Origin: a bacterium
Lineage (GTDB): Bacteria > DRYD01
DNA: 64,000 nucleotides
Direction of reading: 5' to 3'
Assembly: GCA_039630415.1 (NCBI GenBank)
Contig: JBCNVB010000011.1
Location: 29,119 to 93,118, forward strand
This document shows, piece after piece, positions 21,486-30,531 of the stretch. Made by a program: the position numbers and the translations under genes. Under the pieces are notes generated by a model. That model was given only the letters and a program-made list of their open reading frames with translations. It was not told where the DNA came from and ran no database searches. Position 1 is the stretch's first letter, and each line of letters starts with the position of its first letter.

Positions 21486-21907
21486 ATGAATATCCTTGGT
21501 ATAGATTGGGGTAAAAAAAAATAGGGCTAGCCCTCGCTAATACGCAACTAAAAATAATCTCACCCCTTAAAACAATCCAAAATAACAAAAATACAATACA
21601 AGAAATAATTAAGATTATAAAAAACTACTCAATACAAAAAGTTATTATTGGTTTACCCCTGTATCCAGTCTCTAAACAATACAATCAACTATATAAACAT
21701 ATAAAATCTTTTTCTAAGCAACTAGAATTTGAATGCTTAAAAAACCTACAAAGACAGATACAAATAGAATTTATAGAGGAGGAATATACCACTGAAATAG
21801 CAAAAATGTACTGCTCAAAAGCAAAAAAAGATAAGTTAGATATGTATGCAGCTACTATAATACTAAAAACATACTTAGGAGGAGCGTATGGAGATATTAA
21901 CTCATGA
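21486..21907 (+). pseudogene. yqgF: YqgF/RuvX (pre-16S rRNA nuclease), split by a single frameshift in an A9 run
   Basis: MNILGIDWGKKK then TAG; adding one A at 21513-21521 gives IGLA...VIIGLP...IEEEYTT...LDMYAATIIL open to 21907. Confidence 0.85.
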
Positions 21908-23009
21908 AATAGGATCTTTAGCTAAACCTTCTTGGAGAGTTAAACCTTTCAGAAATATACCCTTATCTGAGCAAGATTTACAAGAGGCAGTCAATTGGGC
22001 TAAAAAATTACAAATAACTCATGAAGTAGAGGAATTAATCGAAATACTTAAGAAAAACTTAAATAAGATAGTTTCCAGTCAAGAAGAAAAACACAAAATA
22101 ATCTACTATTCCTCACTATACGCTACCAGACTACTCGAAAACGTAGGATTGGACCTTGTGTATGACGGTGAGCAACATAGAAGCGAAATGTATGAATATC
22201 CAATAAAAAACATACAGGGGTTCGAGTTTAAAGGACATGTTCGTAGTTTTGACAATAAATACTACAAAAAAGCATCAATTATCTCTAAACCTAAGCTTAT
22301 TAAACCGTATCACACCCAGGAAACAAGAGTAATTAAATCGTTCGCTAGAAAAAAATTGAAAATACCTATAACTGGCCCGTATACTCTTGTTGATTGGTCT
22401 TTTGATGAATACTACTATAAATTTAACTTGTTGGAACTACAAGAGAAAAAATATAGAGAACAATTCCTTAAAGATATGTCTGGTATAATAAGGATGAATA
22501 TAGAGGAAATAATACAAAATGGAGCTGATTTTATCCAAATAGATGAACCAGCAGCTACTACAAAAAAGGATGAAGTAGAACTATTTGTAAACACCATTGT
22601 TGATACGGTAAAGGGTCTTGAAAGTAAAGCTAATTTCTCTATCCACATATGTTTCTCTAATTATGAACTACTTTTTCCAACAATATCCAAATTAGATGGG
22701 ATAGTAAAAGAAATACATTTTGAGTATGCAAATAGAGATAGCTGGAAACTGGGTAAAAAAAATAGAAAAGGATATAAAATCTTAAATTACTTTAAGAATA
22801 CTAATTTTATTGTAGGATTGGGTGTTATAGATGTTCACACTGATAGAATAGAAAGTATAGACTTAATTAGAGAAAGGGTTCTATATGCTCTAGATGTTGT
22901 TGGTCCTAGAGTGTATGTATCTCCTGATTGTGGACTTAGAACACGCTCTTGGGAAATCGCTTATCAAAAACTACATAATATGGTACAAGCTGTTAAAAGT
23001 ATATTTTGA
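21888..23009 (+). CDS. Single-barrel (core) cobalamin-independent methionine synthase family protein
   Basis: IGSLAKP, DGEQHR, PITGPYTL, IQIDEPA, Zn ligands HIC / E / SPDCGLR; only 373 aa. Confidence 0.85.
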   Translation: MEILTHEIGSLAKPSWRVKPFRNIPLSEQDLQEAVNWAKKLQITHEVEELIEILKKNLNKIVSSQEEKHKIIYYSSLYATRLLENVGLDLVYDGEQHRSEMYEYPIKNIQGFEFKGHVRSFDNKYYKKASIISKPKLIKPYHTQETRVIKSFARKKLKIPITGPYTLVDWSFDEYYYKFNLLELQEKKYREQFLKDMSGIIRMNIEEIIQNGADFIQIDEPAATTKKDEVELFVNTIVDTVKGLESKANFSIHICFSNYELLFPTISKLDGIVKEIHFEYANRDSWKLGKKNRKGYKILNYFKNTNFIVGLGVIDVHTDRIESIDLIRERVLYALDVVGPRVYVSPDCGLRTRSWEIAYQKLHNMVQAVKSIF

Positions 23010-23010
23010 T

Positions 23011-23781
23011 ATGCCTTACCAATTATATGTTCTCAAATCCTGTATTTCAACTCAAGATGAGGTTAAAAAAAGAATAGAAATTTCTCAAAACGACTTAATT
23101 GCTGTACTTTCCGAAACTCAAACAAAAGGTAGAGGAACATATTCAAGACAATGGTTGTCTGATGTAGGAGGACTTTATCTATCTCTAAGTCATCCTATTA
23201 TAGATCACTTTTTACCTCCATCTACTATATTCTCACTTATTGTTATAAAAACTTTGTATGAATCCACATCAAATTCCTATCTTGCCAGATTACCTGTTGG
23301 TATTATATATCCCAATGATATTGTACTTGTGTATAAACAAAATTACTACAAACTAGGTGGTATATTAGTTGAAAATTACAAAAACATCTTGATAGTAGGT
23401 ATAGGGTTGAATATAAATAACCGTGTCAAGGAATATAATTTCGAGCATAAAGCTATTAGCATAAAAGAATATTATGAGATAACTGAAAATATTAGCCCTG
23501 ATATTGAAGTAGAGGAACTTTCAAATAGGATACTTACAAATGTAGAAATCTTCTATCAGAATAAACCCACTAGTTATGATCATTTACTTGAACTAATAAA
23601 ATATGTAGATTTCACACCCAACCTTAAAAACATAAGTGTTATATATCAGTCAGATGAAAGGGAAACAGTTGAAAATTTTCAAACAATTGAAGTTAACTTT
23701 TTTTCAAGGCAAATAAAACTTAACAAAAACAATTCAACACTTTTGATTCAGTTTGAAAGGGTAAGGAGAATAATGTACTAG
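23011..23781 (+). CDS. birA: Biotin-[acetyl-CoA carboxylase] ligase
   Basis: STQD, QTKGRG...R.W.S..GGLYLS, PND, KLGGILVE, VGIGLNI; ATG start preferred over the TTG in the track. Confidence 0.88.
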   Translation: MPYQLYVLKSCISTQDEVKKRIEISQNDLIAVLSETQTKGRGTYSRQWLSDVGGLYLSLSHPIIDHFLPPSTIFSLIVIKTLYESTSNSYLARLPVGIIYPNDIVLVYKQNYYKLGGILVENYKNILIVGIGLNINNRVKEYNFEHKAISIKEYYEITENISPDIEVEELSNRILTNVEIFYQNKPTSYDHLLELIKYVDFTPNLKNISVIYQSDERETVENFQTIEVNFFSRQIKLNKNNSTLLIQFERVRRIMY

Positions 23782-24500
23782 ATTTTGATAATTTCCCTTA
23801 ACTTTTTCAGCGCTTTTGACTGTATACGGGATACATTAACTTGAATTGTATTTAGCTTTTTAGCTATTTCTTCTTGAGTTAGACCTTCAAAAAACTTGAG
23901 AGTTATAACGGTTTTTTCTAGTGGATCGAGCTTTGCTATAGCCTCTTGTAAAGAAAGCCTCCTATCTATGTGCTCAGTTATGTTCTTTCCATCCCATATG
24001 ATTTCATTTATAGGCTTATTATTCTCAACAACACTACTATCTATAGAAAGGATTTTATGCTTTGAGAATTCCAAGTATTCTATTAGCTTTTCTCGGTCTA
24101 GATTTGTATATTCTTCAAGTTCTTTAAGAGTAGGTTTTCTATTAAGTTTTTGGGATAACTCTGCTATTTTTTGGTTGATAAGGTTGTAGTATTCGTATGT
24201 TTCTCTCGGTGGTCTTATTACACTATGTTGATCTCTGTAGTATCTCTTTATTTCTCCAACAATATATAACGAAGCATAGTTAATAAAGTTATCTGATTTA
24301 TTGAAATCGAAATTTTCAATAGCTTTTATTAGTCCTATTATGCCTATTTGAACAGAGTCTTCTTTATCATAACTATTTGAGTTTTTGTATGCAAGATATT
24401 TAACATAAGGTATCATTAATTCAACTATTTTATTTCTATAGTATTTATCCTTAGTTACTTGGTATTTTTTCAGCAAAAGATATACTTCTTCTTTATTCAT
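23778..24500 (-). CDS. RNA polymerase sigma factor, SigB/SigF/SigG family
   Basis: IGLIKAIENFD, F..YA...I.GEIKRYYRD, TQEEIA..L...QVNVSR. Confidence 0.9.
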   Translation of the reverse strand: MNKEEVYLLLKKYQVTKDKYYRNKIVELMIPYVKYLAYKNSNSYDKEDSVQIGIIGLIKAIENFDFNKSDNFINYASLYIVGEIKRYYRDQHSVIRPPRETYEYYNLINQKIAELSQKLNRKPTLKELEEYTNLDREKLIEYLEFSKHKILSIDSSVVENNKPINEIIWDGKNITEHIDRRLSLQEAIAKLDPLEKTVITLKFFEGLTQEEIAKKLNTIQVNVSRIQSKALKKLREIIKI

Positions 24501-24522
24501 TAACTGGGATTGTACAGATTAA

Positions 24523-25830
24523 TTAAGGTTTATAACGATAGAGCATGCGTGGGAAGGGAATGGTTTCTCTTACATGATCTGTTTTACAAATCCACGAGAC
24601 GAATCTTTCTATTCCAAGACCAAAGCCGCTATGGGGTGCACTACCGTATTTTCTTAGATCTAAATACCATTGATATTCTTCCAAAGGTATTTTTTCTTCC
24701 TTTATTCGTTGTAAAAGGATATCGTAATTATCTTCTCTTTGACTACCTCCTACTATTTCTCCATATCCTTCTGGTGCTATTATATCCATGTTTAGGACAA
24801 AATCTGGGTTTTCGGGATCTAATTTCATATAGAAAGGTTTTATTGATTTAGGGTAGTGAGTTATTATAACTGGTTTATCGAAATTTTCGGATATTGCTGT
24901 TTCTTCGGGAGCTCCAAAGTCTTCCCCAAATTTGAAATCTATACCTTTTTTCTTCAAGATTTCTACTGCTTGAGTATAGGTTATCCTATAGAAAGGAGGT
25001 GTAGCTTTTTCTAAAATAGATGTATCCCTTTCTAAAATTTGCAATTCATATTTATTATTTTGTAGTATTTGAGATATGGTATAGTGGATCATGTTTTCTG
25101 CTAGTGTTATTATATCTTCGAGTGTGGCAAATGCTACTTCTGGTTCAACCATCCAAAATTCTATTAGATGCCTTCTGGTTTTGCTTCTTTCTGCTCTAAA
25201 GGTTGGACCAAAACAATATACTTTGTTAAAGGCTAATGCTCCTGCTTCCTGGTATAACTGCCCACTTTGAGACAAGTACATTTTGTCTCCAAAGTAATCA
25301 ACTTCAAATAGGGTGGTTGTTCCTTCGCAAGCTGATGGAGTTAAAATAGGACTGTCAAACTCTATAAAGCCTTCTCTATCTAAGAACTCTCTTATATATT
25401 TCTTTACACTGTTCCTTATTCTTAGAATAGCAAATTGTTTTCGACTTCTAACCCATAAGTGTCTGTGATCTAGCAAAAAATCTATACCATGTTCCTTAGG
25501 AGTAATAGGATAATCCTGTGTTTGATGAATTATTTCCAAATTTTTCACATGAATCTCATAACCTATTTGTGATCTAGGGTCTTTCTTTAAAATACCGATA
25601 ACTTTACATGTACTTTCTTGGGTGCATTTATCAAAGACTTCAAAAAGTTCAGGATTATCTACTACGCATTGTATGAATCCTTTACCATCTCTAACTATTA
25701 AAAATCTTATTTTACCACTACTTCTCTTGTTCCATACCCATCCGTTTATGCTTACTAATTTATCTTCTAATTCGTGCCCTTTTATTCTTATTTGCTCCGT
25801 ATTAGTACTTACTATTTGAGTTATGCTCAT
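24523..25830 (-). CDS. asnS: Asparagine--tRNA ligase
   Basis: GWVWNKRSSGK, LSQSGQLY, FGPTFRAE.S.TRRHL.EFWMVEPE, PHSGFGLGIER. Confidence 0.95.
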   Translation of the reverse strand: MSITQIVSTNTEQIRIKGHELEDKLVSINGWVWNKRSSGKIRFLIVRDGKGFIQCVVDNPELFEVFDKCTQESTCKVIGILKKDPRSQIGYEIHVKNLEIIHQTQDYPITPKEHGIDFLLDHRHLWVRSRKQFAILRIRNSVKKYIREFLDREGFIEFDSPILTPSACEGTTTLFEVDYFGDKMYLSQSGQLYQEAGALAFNKVYCFGPTFRAERSKTRRHLIEFWMVEPEVAFATLEDIITLAENMIHYTISQILQNNKYELQILERDTSILEKATPPFYRITYTQAVEILKKKGIDFKFGEDFGAPEETAISENFDKPVIITHYPKSIKPFYMKLDPENPDFVLNMDIIAPEGYGEIVGGSQREDNYDILLQRIKEEKIPLEEYQWYLDLRKYGSAPHSGFGLGIERFVSWICKTDHVRETIPFPRMLYRYKP

Positions 25831-25861
25831 AATTCCCTCTCCTTTTTGGATTGATTATCTG

Positions 25862-26344
25862 CTATTTATTTTCTTTTTTCAGGAGTTCTAAAAGGTAAGA
25901 GTTTGACTGATAGATAATTTTATATGAATAGGAGCTAGCAATGTATTCTTGAAAGTTATTTTTTGAGGGGAAAAGGCTTATGATGAAAAATATACTCCAC
26001 CAGAAAATGTATACTTTTATTAACGCTACTATACCTCCTAAAAGTTTATTTGTCATACTTAAAATTTCGCTTCCTTTCGAGTATAGTTCTATTCCATATC
26101 CTATTGCCATTGTAATAAAGCCTGTAATAAGGAACAATACTATACCTGTGATCACTTTTAAAAAATTCTTGTTCTGTATATTTATTATTGTTCCTAGGAA
26201 TGAAGAAAAACTATCTGTAAACGTGTATGCTACTATTAGTGCTATTACTATTGCAACTATGTCTGTTATCTCTGCTATTACACCTCTTTCATATCCTATC
26301 TTGAAAAGGGCTATAAAAGATAGAAGAACTATTAAATCTATCAT
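25862..26344 (-). CDS. CvpA family membrane protein
   Basis: MIDLIV...GYERG.IAE, four hydrophobic segments, NKLLGG. Confidence 0.8.
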   Translation of the reverse strand: MIDLIVLLSFIALFKIGYERGVIAEITDIVAIVIALIVAYTFTDSFSSFLGTIINIQNKNFLKVITGIVLFLITGFITMAIGYGIELYSKGSEILSMTNKLLGGIVALIKVYIFWWSIFFIISLFPSKNNFQEYIASSYSYKIIYQSNSYLLELLKKENK

Positions 26345-26373
26345 TCTATACGATTTTCAATCCTAATCTAATG

Positions 26374-27732
26374 TTACTTAACTTTTAAAGCTTTATTTAT
26401 CAGCGAGGATATTAAAACAGGATTAGATTTTTTCGAACATTTGCAAAGTACTATTTTGCTATTTTCATAATTAGATAGTAGATAGAAAGAATTCTGCGTT
26501 TCTATGATAATGTTATTAGGTTTTTCTGTAAAGAAGTTTGAAAACATTTCAAGGTCTCTATATAGGGCTACTATTGCAGTGATACTAAATTCATCCAGAT
26601 GTTTGTTTTGACTATACTCTAATTCTTCAGTTTCTAAATTTATAATATAAGTTTCTTCGATTGGTGGTATATTTGAAAGCCTATTCATTATTTCCTGTAC
26701 TGGCATTAATATGTTAACCTCCTTCTCTACTCCTTGATGTTTTCCCTGCATTTGTTCAATTTCTTGTAATTGTTTTTGTATACTTTCCTGGTATTGTATA
26801 TCTTCTGATGCTTGTATGACTTCATGTTGTTGTATGTTTTCTGATGGTGTAGTTTCTTCTGTTTGGGTAGTTTCTTCTATTTGAATAGTTTCATCTGTAT
26901 GAATGGTTTCTTCTGTATGAATGGTTTCTTCTGTTTGAGTAGTTTCTTCTGTTTGAATGGTTTCTTCTGCTTGGGTAGTTTCTTCTATTTGAATAGTTTC
27001 TTCTGCTTGAGTAGTTTCTTCTGTTTGAATAGTTTCTTCTGTTTGGGTAACTTGTTCTAATTCTGTAATTTGTTGTGATTGTATGATTTGTTCTAGTTCC
27101 TTTGTTTGTATATTTTCTTGTGTTTGTGTATCTTGGCTTTGTTGATATTCTTGGTCTATTTCTGTGATTAATTCTTCTATTTCTTGTATTTGTTTTTCTA
27201 TATCTTGTTGGGTATCTTGTATTTGTTGGTTATTTGTTTGATCAGAATCATCTATTTTTTTTTCCTCTTGTGATTGATTTTTCTCCAATTCTAGTTCCAA
27301 TTTTACATCTTCGGGTCTATACTTTATGATTGATTCAAGTGTATCTAACAGATTATCTTCTTCTAGTTTTTTTCTTAGAAACATTGGTAGGTAGCTTAAC
27401 AAATCTTCTTCTGTAAGTTGTATTAAATAGATTACTGCTTCAAGTTCTTTATACTCATCGAATAATGCTTCGACGATTATTCCGTTTTTGACTACTATTT
27501 TACCTGTATGACTTCCATGACTAAGTAGTAGTTCTATTTGATTAGCTTTAGGTTTGAGTTTTTCTATAGTTTTTATAAGGCTTTCTCTTTCCAAGTCAAC
27601 AAAAGTACTGATGTTTTCTTGCTTTTTTGCTGTTTGAGTAAGTTTTTGCTTATCAGATACGGGTGGTTTAACATATTCTGGCTTTATGTAGAATTTTTCT
27701 CCTTTTGGATTTTTTTGTTCAAATCCTTCCAT
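26374..27732 (-). CDS. Hypothetical protein: DUF4388/PATAN-like N-domain, acidic Q/E/T repeat linker, Roadblock/LC7-like C-domain
   Basis: GKIVVKNGIIVEA...EAV pattern; TEETxQ repeats; C-terminal IIIETQNSFYLL...VLCK...NPVLI; domain names by resemblance. Confidence 0.5.
   Translation of the reverse strand: MEGFEQKNPKGEKFYIKPEYVKPPVSDKQKLTQTAKKQENISTFVDLERESLIKTIEKLKPKANQIELLLSHGSHTGKIVVKNGIIVEALFDEYKELEAVIYLIQLTEEDLLSYLPMFLRKKLEEDNLLDTLESIIKYRPEDVKLELELEKNQSQEEKKIDDSDQTNNQQIQDTQQDIEKQIQEIEELITEIDQEYQQSQDTQTQENIQTKELEQIIQSQQITELEQVTQTEETIQTEETTQAEETIQIEETTQAEETIQTEETTQTEETIHTEETIHTDETIQIEETTQTEETTPSENIQQHEVIQASEDIQYQESIQKQLQEIEQMQGKHQGVEKEVNILMPVQEIMNRLSNIPPIEETYIINLETEELEYSQNKHLDEFSITAIVALYRDLEMFSNFFTEKPNNIIIETQNSFYLLSNYENSKIVLCKCSKKSNPVLISSLINKALKVK
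26848..27048 (-). repeat. 18-bp coding tandem repeat, about 11 units, encoding (T/A/I)EET(I/T)(Q/H)
   Basis: Recurrent gtttcttct every 18 nt on the + strand. Confidence 0.9.
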
Positions 27733-27772
27733 TGGTGTACTTTAGAATACCTCCTGGATTAGTGTTAGTGTT

Positions 27773-28156
27773 CTATTTTATTTCTACTTTTGCTCCTACT
27801 TCTTCTAATTTTTTCTTAATTTGTTGTGCTTCTTCTTTAGAAACACCTTCTTTTATTGGTTTTGGAAGACTTTCTACGAAGTCTTTAGCTTCTTTAAGCT
27901 GCATGTTGGTTATTTCTCTTACGACTTTAAGAACGTTTAGTTTAGCGTTATCTGGGTAGCTTACGACTATAACATCAAAGGTGGTTTTCTCTTCTTTTTC
28001 TTCTTGTTGAGCTGGTGCTGCAGTAGGTATTGCAGCAACTGCCATTGGAGCACTGGCTTGTACTCCAAACTTATCTTCTATAGCTTTAATAAGTTCTACT
28101 AACTCTAGAACACTCATTTGGCTTATTGCTTCTACTATTTGTTCTTTTGTAACCAT
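27773..28156 (-). CDS. rplL: 50S ribosomal protein L7/L12
   Basis: [35 protein letters not shown]. Confidence 0.97.
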   Translation of the reverse strand: MVTKEQIVEAISQMSVLELVELIKAIEDKFGVQASAPMAVAAIPTAAPAQQEEKEEKTTFDVIVVSYPDNAKLNVLKVVREITNMQLKEAKDFVESLPKPIKEGVSKEEAQQIKKKLEEVGAKVEIK

Positions 28157-28172
28157 TTATTTTCTCCCTTTC

Positions 28173-28222
28173 CAAGCGTATTGCTTGTTCAGGGTACTTA
28201 TATACCGCGCCCTAAACGCGGT
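28173..28222 (-). ncRNA. Predicted H-type pseudoknot plus small hairpin between rplJ and rplL (copy 2)
   Basis: Minus strand: ACCGCG TTTAGGG CGCGGT ATATAAGTA CCCTGAA, then CAAGC-AATAC-GCTTG, then SD GGGAG. Confidence 0.7.
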
Positions 28223-28226
28223 TATG

Positions 28227-28841
28227 TTATGATTTTTTATCTTTAACAGCTTGTAAAGCCCACAAAAGCTTTAGTATAATTGTATTTAGAGTACTTGCAA
28301 GCTTTGTTATAGGAGCTTTAAGTGTACCAGCTAATTGTGAGAGTAAAATCTCTCTGGAAGGAATTTTCGATAATTGCTTTATGTCGTTAGCTGTTACTAC
28401 TTTGCCATCTAATATACCAAAAAGTATTTCTGGTATATCTTCTTTTGTATTCTTTTCTTTTTTTATACTCGTTATGAATTCTTCTAGTTTTTTTGCTAGC
28501 ACTATAGGATCGCTTGATGTGTAGTTTATAGCTATGGCTCCTCTTACTTTAGGTACTAGTTGGTTGTATCCTTTTGTCTCTAGAGCTATCTTTAAAAGAG
28601 AGTTTTTAGCAACTTTTACATCTGCACCAACTTCTTCTAAACTTAAATTGTATTTTACAAATTCCCATGCCTTAAGGCTTAAATTCGGTTTTTGATAGAG
28701 GACAAAGACAACTAAAGAAGATTTATCAAGAATATCAGTGATAGTTTTTAGTTTTTGTCTCTTTTGTTCATTTATTTTGGGTGTATAATTTGGTAGTACT
28801 TTGCGAGGTTTATCTACAAGTCCTGTAGAAGAATTGAACAT
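28227..28841 (-). CDS. rplJ: 50S ribosomal protein L10
   Basis: KVAKNSLLKIAL, LSKIPSREILLSQL...L.AP; immediately upstream of rplL. Confidence 0.93.
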   Translation of the reverse strand: MFNSSTGLVDKPRKVLPNYTPKINEQKRQKLKTITDILDKSSLVVFVLYQKPNLSLKAWEFVKYNLSLEEVGADVKVAKNSLLKIALETKGYNQLVPKVRGAIAINYTSSDPIVLAKKLEEFITSIKKEKNTKEDIPEILFGILDGKVVTANDIKQLSKIPSREILLSQLAGTLKAPITKLASTLNTIILKLLWALQAVKDKKS

Positions 28842-28962
28842 TACTTTACCACCCCTATCTTTTTAGTTACCTAATTAAATATTTTTGACAATAAATATCT
28901 TTTACCTCCTTACTTCTAATTACAAAGGGAAAATATCAAAGAGAGAAAAATATATATCAGAA

Positions 28963-29292
28963 ATGGATGACCAAACTTTTAAAATAAAACTAAAAGAGAT
29001 AATAGAAGCATTTTCATCAGAAGATTTTGAATTAGCAATAAAAAAGGCGGAGGACTTTCAAAAAGAATTACAAAACCAGGACGAAAAAATATTTGTAAAA
29101 AACATTATTAAAATAATCACTGCAGCAAATCTTGTCAACCAACAAAAGCTAGAGGAATCACTCCAAATACTCGAGTCATGCTACCTAGAACTAAAAAATT
29201 ATAGCCCTACTTACAAAGGTCTAAAAGTAGAAAATTTACTTCAAAGTGTAAACCAATCCATAGCTGATATAAAAGCAATAATAAAGAAGTAA
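28963..29292 (+). CDS. Small helical protein, DUF309-like resemblance
   Basis: EKIFVKNIIKI.TAA...L..Y.PTY.GL.V..L pattern; the usual His residues are absent. Confidence 0.4.
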   Translation: MDDQTFKIKLKEIIEAFSSEDFELAIKKAEDFQKELQNQDEKIFVKNIIKIITAANLVNQQKLEESLQILESCYLELKNYSPTYKGLKVENLLQSVNQSIADIKAIIKK

Positions 29293-30524
29293 TGAAAGAT
29301 TTAGAAGAAATCCAAAAAAAAATTTTAAATTTCGTAGCTAAATACAAAATATCTGAACTCATAAACCTACCCTATCTAGTAAACAAAGGGATTACCCCAT
29401 ACATAGTGGGAGGAGTTATTAGGGATACTTGCCTGAATCCTAAACAACAAGACAAAAAAAAATTAGACATAGATATAGTCCTATTAACTTTTGATCCACA
29501 AAAATACAAGGAATATATACTGAATTTACAAACAGAAAAGAAATATAAAATAGTCGAATTAGACAAAAAAAATCTGGTATACAGAGTCATTCCAACCTTA
29601 CAAAATACAGCCTACGCTACCTATATAGATCTAACGTATACAACTAACCTACAAAAAGATTACTACCGTAGAGACTATACCATAAACTCTATTTACTATG
29701 ACATAATTAATCAAAAAATTATCGATTTCGAAAAATGCTTAAAACATATATCCCGAAGAATATTAAAATCTGTAAGGAATGGAAATATAATAGCTGATCC
29801 TATAAGAATCATAAGAGGAATAAGAATAAAAAATGAACTTAACTTAAAGTTTGATACCAAAACATATCAATATTTGAAAAAAAATTTTTTTCAAGTAACT
29901 AACACTAACCCAGTAAGGCTAAAGCAAGAAATCATAAAAACTTTCAACATACCTAAATCGTATAAAGCAGTTAAGGATCTTTTAGATCTTGGTTTCCTTG
30001 AAGTTTACAACATAAACCTAAGTACAAAAAAACAATTGGTAGAAATGATAAAGATTCTAGACATATGCTATGAAATATTCAAAGAAATTTTACAAAGAGA
30101 ATATGAGTTCATTGTGAAGGATAAGAACTACTATGTATTACTACTTTTTTGTAGTTATCTTCTAAAAAACTCTCAAGAATTTTATTCATCTCCCCTTAAC
30201 ATAATCATAGGAGAAAACATCGTTAGAAAAGCTACAAAGATTCTGAATGATTGGAATAAACGTCAAGATCCAAAGTTTATTATAAATAACTTTAAGCACA
30301 AAAATAGTAGTCAACTCTTTGAAATGATCCTTATTAACCTTATTCTCAACTATAACAAACTTGATAAACAAGAATTTATCTCAACTCTTGATGTTCTATT
30401 TAAAGTATGTAGATACGTATGTGAACTTAAAGAAACAGTAATATCATTTGAAAAATATGTTAATTTATTTGGAGAAAAGGATTACGAAAAATATATAGAC
30501 TATGTTATTTCTACCCTAGCTTAA
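29292..30524 (+). CDS. Class II tRNA nucleotidyltransferase (CCA/poly(A) polymerase family), probably CC-adding type
   Basis: VGGVIRD, DIDIV, RRDYTINS, DPIRIIRGIR. Confidence 0.85.
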   Translation: MKDLEEIQKKILNFVAKYKISELINLPYLVNKGITPYIVGGVIRDTCLNPKQQDKKKLDIDIVLLTFDPQKYKEYILNLQTEKKYKIVELDKKNLVYRVIPTLQNTAYATYIDLTYTTNLQKDYYRRDYTINSIYYDIINQKIIDFEKCLKHISRRILKSVRNGNIIADPIRIIRGIRIKNELNLKFDTKTYQYLKKNFFQVTNTNPVRLKQEIIKTFNIPKSYKAVKDLLDLGFLEVYNINLSTKKQLVEMIKILDICYEIFKEILQREYEFIVKDKNYYVLLLFCSYLLKNSQEFYSSPLNIIIGENIVRKATKILNDWNKRQDPKFIINNFKHKNSSQLFEMILINLILNYNKLDKQEFISTLDVLFKVCRYVCELKETVISFEKYVNLFGEKDYEKYIDYVISTLA

Positions 30525-30531
30525 TCAAAAA

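Noticed and set aside
24510-24851. Short antisense or alternate-frame ORFs in the track (this one and others such as 10552-10923, 25980-26366, 58285-58725, 61908-62213, 63055-63471)
   Set aside because: They overlap well-supported genes almost entirely, have no recognisable motifs and are expected shadow ORFs.
26848-27048. Tandem repeats as a CRISPR array
   Set aside because: Contiguous 18-bp in-frame coding units with no unique spacers and no cas genes; the same applies to 61961-62098.
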